This document shows, in pieces, positions 10,916 to 23,668 of a DNA stretch of 64,000 nt. The position numbers were made by a program, and so were the translations under genes. The notes beneath the pieces were generated by a model, which was not told where the DNA came from, ran no database searches, and worked only from the letters and a program-made list of their open reading frames with translations. The stretch covers positions 14,570,001-14,634,000 of the forward strand of contig CM068756.1 of assembly GCA_035084275.1 (NCBI GenBank), in the 5' to 3' direction. This DNA is from Hydrolagus colliei. Its lineage: Eukaryota. Positions within the stretch are counted from its first letter, which is position 1. Every line of letters begins with the position of its first letter.

Positions 10916-13374
10916 TGACAGACCATTAATTCTTTAGCGGGTGTCGCCTTAAAATCGGAAATACGAACAAACCTTGAAATCCATGTAAGATTTACCAACT
11001 GTGCATATTTTCAACGTGAACTTGAGAAGGATGTGCATGCACATAGAACAAGTACATAACATTTTAATTAGTTCACGTGTTTTAGCATGAAGAATCGTTC
11101 CCTTTAAAAAGTAGTTGTCATTTTTAAAGTGAACATTGCACGTTATTGCGACTATCTGAATACCAATGAAGAAGACGGATAGCAGGTGAAGTATGAGATT
11201 TTAGCAACAATTTTCAGGACTATTATCATATTGTGTGCAACATTGAACAACTTGTGCTTTTATTTGCTGGTCAGACATTTTTATTTACTGAAAGTTTTAA
11301 TGCTTTAGAATTTTTCATCTGCAGCAGCACATTAATTCATATACTCCACAAATTCCACCACAAATTCTTAACTAAAATCACCAATGAGCTGTACTGTATG
11401 CAATTTGGGCTCCATGTAAGTAAACCAAAAGCTTCCACCACGGGATGTGCAGATTGCATTTTTCCGAATGCAACTGAGAAACAAAGTGGAATAGAGAGTA
11501 TCAATGGGACCAAATATTGTACAATTTGAATGGTTATAATGCCTCAGTTAATCCGCAAACAAATGTGTTGTGTTTTACATATGGATAGACAAACACTATA
11601 CCTGTGGTCACTTCACCTGTACATTTAAATTAACAGCCACCTAATCGATTCCCGATGTTGATTTGTCAAATTCGAATGATCATCAGTCCCAATTTAGGTG
11701 AATAAAGAATCATATAATTCTGCAAATACCTGTGTAGCTTGTATTGTACATTGTAGATTTTAAAGATGCTTGCATAAAATTTATTGAATTGCATTGAACG
11801 AAGTATTGTGATCTTGATGTTAATGAATCATTTTGCAATGCTTAGGATTTTAAGCGAAATGTAATCAGGAGCTGACACTACTTTGCAAATTCATCGAATT
11901 AAAAATAACAACTACATGGTTGCGGACAGCAGATAATAGCTGAAGGGGACATTTTTAGAAAAACAAGATAGCCCACAAAACTTTTACCAGCATTTGCTTG
12001 CAAAACAAACGAGGTTCGAGTAAGAGCATTTTTCCTGGAAAATACATGGTCACCACTGCCTATTCTGTAAAGCCCTATGAGAATTCTTCTGACGTGAAAG
12101 ACCCTGCAATATAATTTACATTATACAGCGCTTTCAGATCGGGAGGATGTCTCACAGCGTTCCAGTGAGTTGGGTGGCCATTTGTGGCAGGGTGAAAGTC
12201 GTGGGGCCCCGAATGGAGGAAAAATATAGGTGGGAGTCAACAGGGTCAGTGAGAGAGAAACATGACCAAAAGCATGGTCAAAGAGATACTTTTGAAATGT
12301 GCCTTGAAGGAGAGAGGGGTTTTGGGGGATGGGAATTATTTTAATCGAACCAATCGTAGTTAGATTGCTATATAATTGCTAAAATGATTGGAAAGGCCAG
12401 AGTGCCATCAATTTCATTCCATAAAAAATACCACACAGGCGATATACTCCAATGTCATGGTGTTGGCGATTTGATCTTCCCTAGGAAGCGGAAAAGAAAC
12501 TAAAAAAAACTCCACAGAAAACAAAAGTAACGCTGGATCGGGCAAAGGTTCACCTGGACATTTCCTTCCCCATTCTAAAAGGACGAGAATATTTATCTGC
12601 ACTTATTGGGTGTAACTTAAAAAGAACGTTTGTCTTTCAGCTTTTTTTAAAATAAAGTGAATGTTATCCATATATATATCTATAGCTATATATGAAAGTG
12701 GCTTCCATCGGCAAGACATCTTAATGGGCTTGGCATGCTATACTGTACTGCAATGTGCAAGACTAATTTGCAGAGAAATACCATCCTTAGGGTTAAGATC
12801 AGTCAAATTGAATATAGTAATGTTCCTCAACATTTGTTGTTTTTGTGGTTTAATTTCCTTTGCAGGATTCTTGGACAAGAGACTGAGAGAAACCCCATCT
12901 CTTTTCCAGCCGTGACTTGGGGTTTCTAACATACATCTGAACAGAAAGAATGGACCAAATTCTACCACACCCAAATAACAATTGCATTCATATAGAAGTT
13001 AAGGTTATGGCATATAAGAAGGATATTCAGTCCAATGGCGCTGTAGCAGGGACCATTTGTTTATATTGTTTATATTTATAAGTTGTTGCAATAATAATAT
13101 AATAATCCTTGCTTTTGATATGGTGCTTTTCACATCTTCTAGATGTCTGAAAGAGTTTTTCAGAATATTTTATAAAGTAAATTGACTGCGTTATTTTGTG
13201 AGCAAATTGCAGCACCGAACCGTGCACAGCAGCGTCCCACAAACAGTCATGGATTGAGTTTCCATACATCTAAAAAATCTTATTATTCTTTTGGTCAAGA
13301 TCTGGGGATAAATTTCCAGTCTTCCCGAATAGTATATTTCCATGTTGATGTGGACAGGTAACATGAACCTAAAT

Positions 13375-13515
13375 ACCCCAAACTGACAAAGCATTGTGGA
13401 CCTGAAATGTTGACTCACTTTTACTTTCTCCATAAATGCTGCCTGACCTGCTGGTTGTTCCCAGCGATTTCTGTTTTTGTTTCAGATTTCCAGCATCTGC
13501 AGTATTTTGTGTTTT
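13375..13515 (+). mobile_element. Penelope-like / shark retroelement 3' terminal fragment
   Basis: atgctgcctgacctgctg...tcagatttccagcatctgcagtattttg, recognised from memory as a common shark retroelement end. Confidence 0.45.
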
Positions 13516-13624
13516 TGTTCGCTATACAGTATTTATCTTCCAGTATCTCTCCACTTATAGATTTTTCGCTTTGTTTCTCTCCACTTATATTTAGACAATC
13601 TCTGTTTGAATTTATCTTTGATAA

Positions 13625-13917
13625 TTATTGATAACACTTGGATCAGACTAACCCAACACACATCACCTTCTACCATATATTTTATGTTGCTTCAAACAAT
13701 ATACATATAAACTTGTACCAGTGGCAGATTAGGGAGAGTGGATACCTGCAAACAAAGGAGGACAAAATAAAAAATTTTGGTCTGAAACGTCAATGAAGTG
13801 GGAACTTCTTCCATCTGCTAGATGTTAGAGTCCAGGATTCTGGAGTCTACCATTGTGCAATGATAGGTGAGAGAATAATAGCAGGAAATGGAACTCAATC
13901 ACATCTAATTGTCTGTG
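13625..13917 (+). pseudogene. V-exon pseudogene (B/D subfamily)
   Basis: Acceptor AG>AA, first Cys>His, 5' deletion and in-frame TGA at 13794; the 3' part retains FHLLDVRVQDSGVYHCAMIGERIIAGNGTQSHLIVC and a GTAAGT donor. Confidence 0.88.
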
Positions 13918-14638
13918 GTAAGTGTGTTCGCAGTCCACAGCATGCTTTGGGTAAATACACCCTTTAAACTGAGGTGCTTCATTAATCGTCGAGATCTGAT
14001 GGAGGTCTCTAACCCGGAAATAATTCATTCGAAAGTAGAGTAATGACAATACCCATGTTTCATCCATATCTATAGTCAATTTACTTTACAGTATATTCTG
14101 TGAAGCGCTTTGAGACATCTAGAAGACATGAAAAGTGAAAATGCAAGGAGTAATAATATTATTATTAAGACGTGATAGTTTAAAGATTGAAAATGGTTGG
14201 TTTTAATAGGAAGAGACATTTATACATGATAAATAATCCCTGCTGATGAACTGCATTCTATCGACCTACAGAAATAACTTTAGCTGGGATTGCATATGAT
14301 GGCCATTAATGAAAAGTAAGCGAATAAGATTGGATGACATTTGCTTTCAATGTTGTCATTGTAGTACTAACAATTGTAAAGTATTAGACAGAGTAAATCG
14401 GTGCATTGAATTTGTGTCCTCTGTTATGCAAGATTAATTGTATTTTACTCAGGTGACAAAACATTAAAAACAATTACACATTTGTATTTCTCAAATATTA
14501 GATATTACACCAATCCAAAAAAGAATGCTGATTATGTATATTTGCTCCATCACTCACACCGTGGCTGATGCCACCAGCTATCCAAGAGCAGCCAACCTGA
14601 CTGCCCGCAGTCTCACCACAAGGTCCATCGGTCCCCAT

Positions 14639-15068
14639 TAGGGTCCGTCGATATGGAAATTTTCCGATATCGATATATCGGTTGGCTCATATCGATATAT
14701 ACCGATATATGAATATCGCCGGGTTTTTTTATACTGCGCATGTGCACGCATTCGGAGGTGCGCATGCATTCTGGTGTGTTCACACATTCAGATGTCTGCG
14801 CGCATTCCAATATGCGCTCGCATTCCATGCTCTAGGCCCAGGAGGTTTGCAATGCCGGCGACAAGGTAAGTTGAAAAAGTTTGCATTATACTGATATAAC
14901 CGATATATCGATATATCGCCAGACACGATATACTGATATTTGCGATATACCGATTTTTTTAATACAGAATTTTTTGATATACCGATATATTTAAATTTCC
15001 AATATCGGCATATTGATATGAAAAGTTATACCGATATAACCAATATATCGATATATCGCCGGACACTA
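14639..15068. mobile_element. hAT-type MITE
   Basis: TIRs TAGGGTCCGTCGATAT / rc TAGTGTCCGGCGATAT, perfect 8-bp TSD gtccccat (14631-14638, 15069-15076), many CGATAT subterminal motifs. Confidence 0.88.
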
Positions 15069-15069
15069 G

Positions 15070-16240
15070 TCCCCATCTATGGTGGTCAAACTCTCCTCCC
15101 TCATCCATATCTCCACCCTCCCTCTCCACCCACCCACTCTGCCTCATTACTTGCAATCCTCCACCACCAACTGTCTCCTCCACATTGGTATGCAAAATGT
15201 CTGCTCACTCTCGAAAAAGGCAATCGCACTCCACAACCTCACCATCGAAGTAGCATTGACATTCTCGCCCTCACTGAAACCTGAGTCATCTCAGCCAACA
15301 CCTTCCTTCTGATCGAAGCCACACCATCCGGCTGCACCTTCAATCAAATCCCATGGCCTAACTGCCATGGTGACACTGTGGCTCTCAACTCTGGGTCCCC
15401 TCTCAGCTTTTCCCTTTCCTCTTCCAGAACCTTTCCCACCTTTGAGCACCTTACTCTCTACCACCACTCCAGTCTCTCCCTCAACATCCTCCTTGTCTAT
15501 GATCACCTGCAAGGCCACCCCACCTTCCTCTCATATATCTCCACCCTCTTTGTTGCCTCTCCCTCTGCTCTGAATGCCTCCTCATCTTAGGTGATTTCAA
15601 CCTCCACTTCACCCCATCCTGCTCTACATCTGGTGACTTCACCTCTGTTATCTCCTCCATTAACATCTACCTCCAATTCCACCCCACCATCCACATCAAT
15701 GGCCATCCCCTTGACCTAGTGATCATCCAGGACCTCGCTGTCTCAGACATCGCCATCATCGATAAAGCCATTTTGGACCACAACTTCATCTCCCTTAACA
15801 TCTCTGTATCCATTCCCCTTACTCAATCCTGTAAAATGACCTGCCACTGGAACTAAAATATCCTCCCTCTCTGCTGCATAGGAGTCATCTGAACTCCTGC
15901 CCCTCTGGCCCTCACTAACTGACTTGCCCTCTTTGCTCTCTTTTTCCCAGAGCTAACTCTCCTCCATCCTTGATTCCCTTGCCCCCCTCACCTCCCAAAC
16001 TTCCACTCCAGCGCCTTGGGACATCCTCCCAATGTGAAATAAATGTAATTTTGTTGTTGTTGTTGCCTCTTTCTCCTGCAAATCCTCCTGTTATACTAGC
16101 CATCTCTGATCCCTCAAGGCACAAGTGTGAGCTGCTGAACCAAATCCAAACTAACGGTTCATTGGCAGATTTGGCTTGAACTTAGTAAGAACTACCACTC
16201 TGCCCTTGCCTCTGCCACATCTGCCTTCTACTCAAACGTA
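15070..16240 (+). mobile_element. Degenerate L2 LINE, endonuclease region
   Basis: C-rich sequence with remnants LGDFNLH (near 15590) and HINGHPLDLVII (near 15700), typical of the APE domain; an L2-type tail follows. Confidence 0.65.
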
Positions 16241-18138
16241 ATCCTGGAGAGACTCTATTCAGGATCAACACTGAGGGTAGGAATTCGTGACATTGGAGGG
16301 CAGATTAGGGGAAGGAGATTGACCAAAAGCATGCTCAAAGTGGAGGGCCTTGAGGTGGATCTTGAAAGTGGCAAGGGATGGGGCGAGGCAAAGGGGCTGC
16401 GAGATGGGAGGTAGATGGATTGAGAAATATTGTCCATCTGGCAACTTGCAATGCCCCACTGACATTTGGGTGCCCAGCTTCCACTGTAGCCTGATCAATC
16501 AAATATGAATCAGATGGGATTGGATTATACCAATGATATCTGTGTAAGATATACAGTGCTGTACATTGTCAGCTTGAGTCCTCAATTTTAGTTGATGTAT
16601 GAACAAGCACATAACTTTGGCTCTCCCAAGCAGAACTCCGATATCAGGTTCTGCAATTCAAGCCATTTGAAAGTACAAAATGCTCACTAACATTGGAAGA
16701 AAAAAGAATGGAGTTGCACGATAGAAAGGCATGGTTGAAAGAGATTCAATGCCCATGTTGGTTACCATTCCCAAATAACAGAAGTTCATCGGCTATCCTT
16801 GATCTCTAAGATTTTCACAAGATTTATATCTGAGCATAACATCATTCTATTTCGTATTAGGATAATCTTTATTGAATCAATGCAAAAGCTTGTGCCATAG
16901 TAAGCAAAATAAGCAAATTAACCATTAAGCATAAAATAGAAGTGACTTTGGTCCCTCTGGCATGGGATTCCCAAGTTTATATTTTGGCTTTCTGTATTTT
17001 CTAGATGTGTCTCTTGTCTTAGGCTTCAACAGAGTGCTGAAATCCACTGCTGGTCACAACTTCAAACCCAAGAACTGTCTGAAATAATAAAATATCTATG
17101 TGCACTACGTGACCCAAATGCACATCAGTGAAATATGTTGTTGCTTCTTGCGGTTTAAAGGCAAAGTAAGATCAAACAAGGTACACCGTTTAATGTATTG
17201 GGCAATGAATATAGTATTGGTTAAATGACAGAAATGTTATTGACTCCACAATGTTTTGGCAAGTGATTTCAGCAAATTAAAAGTTTGTCATTCATTAAAA
17301 TGTCGCAGGATTAATAATTCAGCGACTGTGTAAATTCAGAATTACATTTAGTTTTTGCTTGTTAGTACTGTAACGTTAATTCTGTGGTATAAGATTTATA
17401 TTCATTTAAATATTTTTGTGCAGTTGTGTTTACAAGGGAATGCATATGTTTGTAGAGTCATTATTGAAAATATCACTATTTTATAAATTTGCAACTAAGA
17501 GACATTAAAAACTGTATAATGCTTGAATTTTCATTAGGAAAACAATCTACTTGTTACTCTCAGCTCTGAGTCAACAGATTTAAGCCTCACCTTCCAGGCA
17601 GAGTTGATGTATTGTGTGCGGTGGTGTATTGCATTGGTAGATCATAAACCCATCTGCATGTTCAGGTTGATAGTAGAGTTCCCATGGTACTAATGCACGG
17701 GAAAATAGAAGCGAGTTACTTCACAACAATCACCAAAATGAAATTGGTCATTCATTTCATGGATGTTTGTGTCTTTGCTGTGCGTAATTGGTCTGCTCCA
17801 TTCACCTCCAATTACTCAGACACTTCATTTCATAGTAAATCAGATGAAGCACGTTGAGACGTTTCCCTGATGTGAAAGTGTTAGATTCAGAAGAAATGGG
17901 AGTTTTCTCAAAGAAACGATCTTCCGTCATCACAGAGTTTTATGATCTTTTTATTCAGTACTACATCCCAGTTATAGTACAGGCACTCCTCTTGTGATTC
18001 GAATAGTTACTTGTTAGTTCGAACCGTTGAATCTTGGAGGATTCAACACATATATATTCAGTTCGCTTTCTTTGTCCTACAGGACCCAATCAGTTAAGAT
18101 AGTATTGCCCAACCAACATGCCCATATTAGGAGCGTTA

Positions 18139-18288
18139 TCCAATGGTCACACACACTTGTTATCTTTCTACACTACAAAGTTATCTGATCCAATGGTCAC
18201 ACACACTTGTTATCTTTCTACACTACAAAGTTATCTGGTCCAATGGTCACACACACTTGTTATATTTCTACAATACATAGTTATCTGG
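18139..18288 (+). repeat. 50-bp tandem repeat, 3 copies
   Basis: tccaatggtcacacacacttgttatctttctacactacaaagttatctg(a/g) repeated with period 50. Confidence 0.9.
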
Positions 18289-19054
18289 TCTAAATCAGTC
18301 TAAACTGCCAGATAAACACAAATGTGTTGTTACAGAGTCACACACAAAACTGCTACATTCCAACAGAAAGGTACTATAGTGAATGTGAATGTTAATATTA
18401 TTATTGTTATAGAGAAGTTTAGGCAGAGAAAAATAAATTAAAAAATTATCTGATGTTCTTCAAAGCGTAAGGTGACTCAACAACAACAACAACAAAACTT
18501 ACATTTATATAGCGCCTTTCACGTCGAGAGGACATCCCAAGGCGCTGTACAGTCAGGTAGGACAAGAGCAGGGTGGGAAGGATCAGGGCAGGATAAAGCA
18601 TAGTAGGAAAAGTAATTGTATATTAGTGGGCGAAACGTGGCAGCCAAATTGCGCACAGCAGTGTCCCACAATCAGTCACGGAAGTGGGACTAGGGGCAAA
18701 AGGGGGTAAAGAAGCAAAAGGGGAGGGGTCGAGGCAGGGGGAAGAAAGGCAGGAAAGTCGACTGTATACTTGTGGACTCATCAGTTAATTGTCCAGGCCT
18801 ACACTCCAATGCAGTACTGTACTTGTCATGGCAAATGATACATTATGGCATTGTTATCTACAATACAAGATTAGTCCCATGTTCCCATGGCATTATTGGA
18901 AAAGAGAAGGGTAGTGTGGCTTGACGACTAGTGTGAAGTCCATAATGGACTATATGTTCAGGTAGCTCCTCACAGCACTCATTTAATATTGACTGTGTTT
19001 CACTTGAATCAATCCAGAAAGGAAGCCCAGCCTCATGCTCCCACCCATCTCAAG

Positions 19055-20090
19055 GACATTAGGGAAGGAAATGGCATTTGGTGTTCAGAAACACTTACTT
19101 GATTATGCAGAAATTTTGCTATTTCATTAAAACTATGATGTAACAGGTCAGCAAAGGTGAAACATTAAGCAAAAAAAACCTATTGATCATATTACTTTTC
19201 AGTACCATAGAGCACATTGACTGAAGCAGGACATTTCATTATTTAGCAGGTGTCGTCTCACAAACAGAAATGTCACCAAACATTGAAATCTATTTAAGAT
19301 GTATCAAATTGTGAAGATTTTCAACCTGAACTTGAGAAGGATATTTATGGGCATTGAGCAAATATATAACATTTTAATTAGTTCACATCCATGTCCAGTG
19401 TGGAGGGTGCTATATTAATCCAAGTTGTTGTTGTTATTTTCTAGCATGAAAAATCGCTCCCTTTAAAAAGTAGGTGTCATTTGTAAAATGCACATTGCAC
19501 ATGGTTGATGAGGCTTTCTGAATAACTATGAAGTTGGCGGATAACTGATGAAGTATGAGATTTTGACAACAGTTTTGAGGACCATTATTGTATTCTGTGT
19601 AACATAACATAATTAGAGGTTTTATGTCAGAGAATAGTCAGAGGATTTCTTATTCAAATGGCTTGAATGTTTTGGAATGGGTCACCTGCAGGAACACATT
19701 ACTTCATTTGCTGAATAAATTCCTCTACACTTTTTCCAAATGCAACTAAGAAATAAAGAAGCATACAGAGTTTTAATGGGACTAAATATTGTATAATGAG
19801 AATGATTATAATGTTTAGTCTCCAAACAGATGTGTCATGTTTTACATATGGATAGTCAAATACTAAGGCTCTGGTAATTTCTCCTGTACATGTAAGTTAA
19901 CAACCACTAAATCAGTTACTGATGAGGATTTGTCAAATGCGAAGAATAATAAGTACCATTATAGCTGTACAAAATTGCAGAATATTCTATTATCATTAGT
20001 TGAATTATATTATTATTATTATTGAATTTGCATTGAACAAAATTACTTTTGTTGTGTAATATTTGCTAATGGATACTAAATGAATAAAAA
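19055..20090 (+). pseudogene. Decayed TM-exon position and 3' UTR of the pseudogene unit
   Basis: The upstream intron matches the pre-TM intron of B/C, but phase-1 reading gives GGA CAT TAG; downstream sequence matches the B/C/X 3' UTRs, with AATAAA near 20083. Confidence 0.5.
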
Positions 20091-21731
20091 CACATCATTT
20101 TTAATTATCTGTGTGGCTTTTATAGTGTATTGTAAATTTTCAAAGATGCTTGCGTTAAATTAAATGAATCCCATTTAATAAAATATTGTGATTTTTATGC
20201 TAATTTGATGTTTTAGCGCCTTGGGACGTCCTCCCGACGTGAAAGGCGCTATATAAATGTAAATTGTTGTTGTTGTTGTTGTTGTTGTTGTTAATTAATT
20301 AACTCTACAACACTTAATATTTCATATCAGCCATGATTGAATGGCGGGGCAAGCTCAAAGGGACAAATGGCCTACTCCTGCTCCTACTTCTTATGTTCTT
20401 ATATGAAATGTAATCATGAGCAGACTCTTTTCATTGAATAACTAAAATGAACTGACAGTAAATAACAACTTTTGGGGAAAATGTTAGGAAAACAGATAGC
20501 CCACGAAACTCTTACTGTCATTTGCTTGTGATAGAAACAAGTCAAAGAGGTTTGAATAATCACCACTATCCTGGAAAGCCCTATGAAACATCCTTCCAAT
20601 TTGAAAGATGCGGCAGTAGAATATACATTTATATAGTGCTTTTCACATTGGGAGAAAGTCTCAAAGCATTTCATGGGTACTTGTGGAAGGGTGAAAGTCA
20701 TGGGGTTTAGGAAGGAGGAGAGATGTAGGTGGGAGTCAAGTTGGGCAAGTGAGGAAGAAATGTGACCAAAAGCATGGTCAAAGAGGTACTTTTGAAATGT
20801 GCCTCGAGGCAGAGAGGGGAGAGGATTATTTTAATCGAACCAATCTACAGTATATATATATTTTTTCCCCAAAGTACTGGAATAGGCAGAGTGCCATCAA
20901 TTTCATTCTAGAAAAAACATGATCACCATCAGTATAATATGATAATAATTGTTGCAGCTGATATGCAGACTAATCATATTGTTAAGCCATCTCAAAGTGC
21001 CTTACAGGATGTATTGGAAGGTGATGTGACTGATTATTTTGGTGCCAAATGCAGCCAATTTGTGAATAGTAATATCCCACTCACAGCCATGGATTGAACG
21101 AACATTTGTTTTTATTTGGCAAATTGTTATAATAATATAATAATCCTTGCATTTGATTTAGCGCTTTTTACATCTTTTAGATATCTCAAAGCGCTTCACA
21201 GAATATATTGCAAAGTGAATTGACCACGTTATTGGTGGGCAAAATGTGGCAGCCAATTGTGCACAATACTGACCCACAAACATTCTTGAATGGAGTGTCC
21301 AAATCGTTACTGTTTCAGCCAAGATCTGGGGATAAATTTCTGTCTTCTCGAATAGTACTATGGGATATTTTCAAGTCCACGTGGACATGTAACTGGGACA
21401 TTGGTTTAACCTCTAATCAGAACGACAACGCCTCCTACAATACACCACCACTGAGGCAACTGCACTGGAGTGCCAGCATACAGTAATGGTGTTTATGTGG
21501 CTCGAACCCCAAGCTTCTGACTCAGAGGCGAGACTGCTGTCAACTAATCAGGTAAATAGAATTGCAAATGAGACTCTATTCTTCAAGTGGTCAACTACCT
21601 TTACAAAATTCAACCAACTAAACCATGGCTTTTGAATCTGCAGAACCAGGATGTTAGTGCGGCAGATTTCATTTGAAACCATTGCAACCCTACATTAAGA
21701 CGTGCGATCGGTTTCAGTGTCAGTGATTGAA

Positions 21732-21786
21732 ATGATGGCAAGTGTTGTTTTCCAGCTTCTGTGTCTCATTGAGATACTTTCAACAG
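21732..21786 (+). CDS. Gene B, leader exon
   Basis: MMASVVFQLLCLIEILST+G followed by GTTTGT; 55 nt, phase 1. Confidence 0.82.
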
Positions 21787-21964
21787 GTTTGTGTTTAGCT
21801 TATATCCAAATGTGTTTAAAAATATGGATATATTACTTTCCATCAATTTCCAGTACAGAAATATCTATATTTATCTTCTTGTATCTCTCTCTCATAAAAA
21901 ATTTCACTTTGTTTAGCTCCAACTTTATGTTTAAGCAATCCGTGTTCAAATATATCTTTGACAG

Positions 21965-22279
21965 TTATTGGCAGCCCTTTGACCCAACATCCAGGGCTCC
22001 GGACTCCAATTCGTGGCGCAAACATCACCTTCTACTGCATCTTTTCTGAAGCTCCAAAAAGTATACGTATAAAGGTGTACTGGTGGAAGCGAGGAGAGAG
22101 TGAATACCTACAAACAAAAGAGGACAAAAGGAAAATTTTTGGTGTGGAACATGGAAGAGGCGGGGCCTACTTCCATCTCCTTGATGTGAGAATCCAGGAT
22201 TCAGGAGTCTATCACTGCGCATTGAGCCGTGAGGGTATAATAGTGGGCAATGGCACTGGATCACATCTAACTGTCTATG
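21965..22279 (+). CDS. Gene B, VJ-type V exon
   Basis: 315 nt, tttgacAG/GTAAGT; VIGSPLTQHPGLRTPIRGANITFYC...VYWWK...QDSGVYHC...GNGTGSHLTVY. Confidence 0.92.
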
Positions 22280-23050
22280 GTAAGTGTGTACACAGTCCAG
22301 ATCGTGGTTTGGGTACTTACATATAACAAACTAACTTAAACAAATCTTAATAATAATTCCTCAAAAACCCCCACGAAAATCATTTGGTCACTCAATCCAT
22401 GACTGTTTGTGGGAAACTGCTTCGCGCAATTAGCTGCCGCATTTTGCCCACAAATATACAGTCAATTCGCTTTACACTATATTATGTGAAGCATTTTGAG
22501 AAATCTAGAAGATGTGAAATGTGCTATATCAAATGCAATTAATATTATCCATATATTCTATTAAGTACTTTCAGACTCTAGAAGATGTGTAAAGTGCTAT
22601 ATCAAATGCAAGAATTGTTATTACAAATATAATATTGTGAGTCTTGAATAACACAACTTCAATGCGCCGATTTACTCTGTCTAACATTTTACAATGCGGC
22701 ATTGCTAATGTTACAATGAAAACATTGAAAACCAAATGTTATTAAAGCTTATCAATTTGTCCTTCATTAGTGCCATCATATGCAATCCCAACTGAAGTTG
22801 TTTTCATAGGGCGATAAAATGTAGTTTCTCAACAGTTGTCTATTCCATGTATAAGTGTCTATTCTGATTAAAATCGACTATTTTCAATGTTAAACCGATG
22901 AACGAATCAAGCGCATCAGTTGAAAATGTATGTTTACTGCTCCAAGGATTTTCATTGTCAACCAATTTCCATGTGACTGTCTGGGAGATATCTTTAGTCG
23001 CGTTAATTGCATTCAAGTAATGTGATTCTCCTTCTTTGTTTGTTCCACAG

Positions 23051-23359
23051 TTTCTCCAACTTCACCGAAGATTTCCCGCAGGGTTGTTGGAGATGAATCT
23101 GAAACTCTGGCTCTTGTGTGTGAAACAGCCGGGTTTTACCCCGAGAATCTCAACCTCACTTGGTATAAAAATGGCATTGAAATTACAACTGGAATAAATA
23201 CTACTAACAAGCAGAGTTTGGATGGATTGTATGAAGCTTCGAGCTCTGTGGTAGAGACACTGGCTGTTCGGAACGGTGTTGTTTATACCTGTCAGATATC
23301 ACATCTCAGTTTACAGACTCCAATCATTGCCAACTACACTGTTGTTCTTCCTGACATGG
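23051..23359 (+). CDS. Gene B, C1 exon
   Basis: 309 nt, ttccacAG/GTAGGT; LVCETAGFYPENLNLTWYKNG...DGLYEASSS...YTCQISHLSL. Confidence 0.92.
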
Positions 23360-23371
23360 GTAGGTTATCAA

Positions 23372-23668
23372 TAATAATAATCCTTGCATTTGACACAGCA
23401 CTTTTCACATCTTCTGGATGTCTCAATGTGCTTCACAGAATATACTGTAAAGTGAAGTGACTGTAAATTTGTGGGCGAAAAGCGGTAGCCAATTGCGCGA
23501 AGCAGTGTCCCACAAACAATGAATAAGCAATTTAAAAATATATATATTTTAGGGATTAATATTAGGTGTGTGGAGGCACTAAGGAAACATGCCCAAGGTT
23601 TTGCCTTGAATTGAACACAGGTTTCACACTTGTGAGGCGAGTGCTCTAACCACTGAGCTACAGCAGGA
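23372..23668 (-). mobile_element. tRNA-derived SINE, near full length
   Basis: Head, body and (att)n L2-like tail. Similar copies lie at about 24255-24562, 28090-28398, 39457-39810, 42045-42356 and 56365-56600. Confidence 0.7.

Noticed and set aside
12735-12790. Possible leader exon for the pseudogene unit
   Set aside because: Only faint similarity to the other leaders and no GT donor at the expected position.
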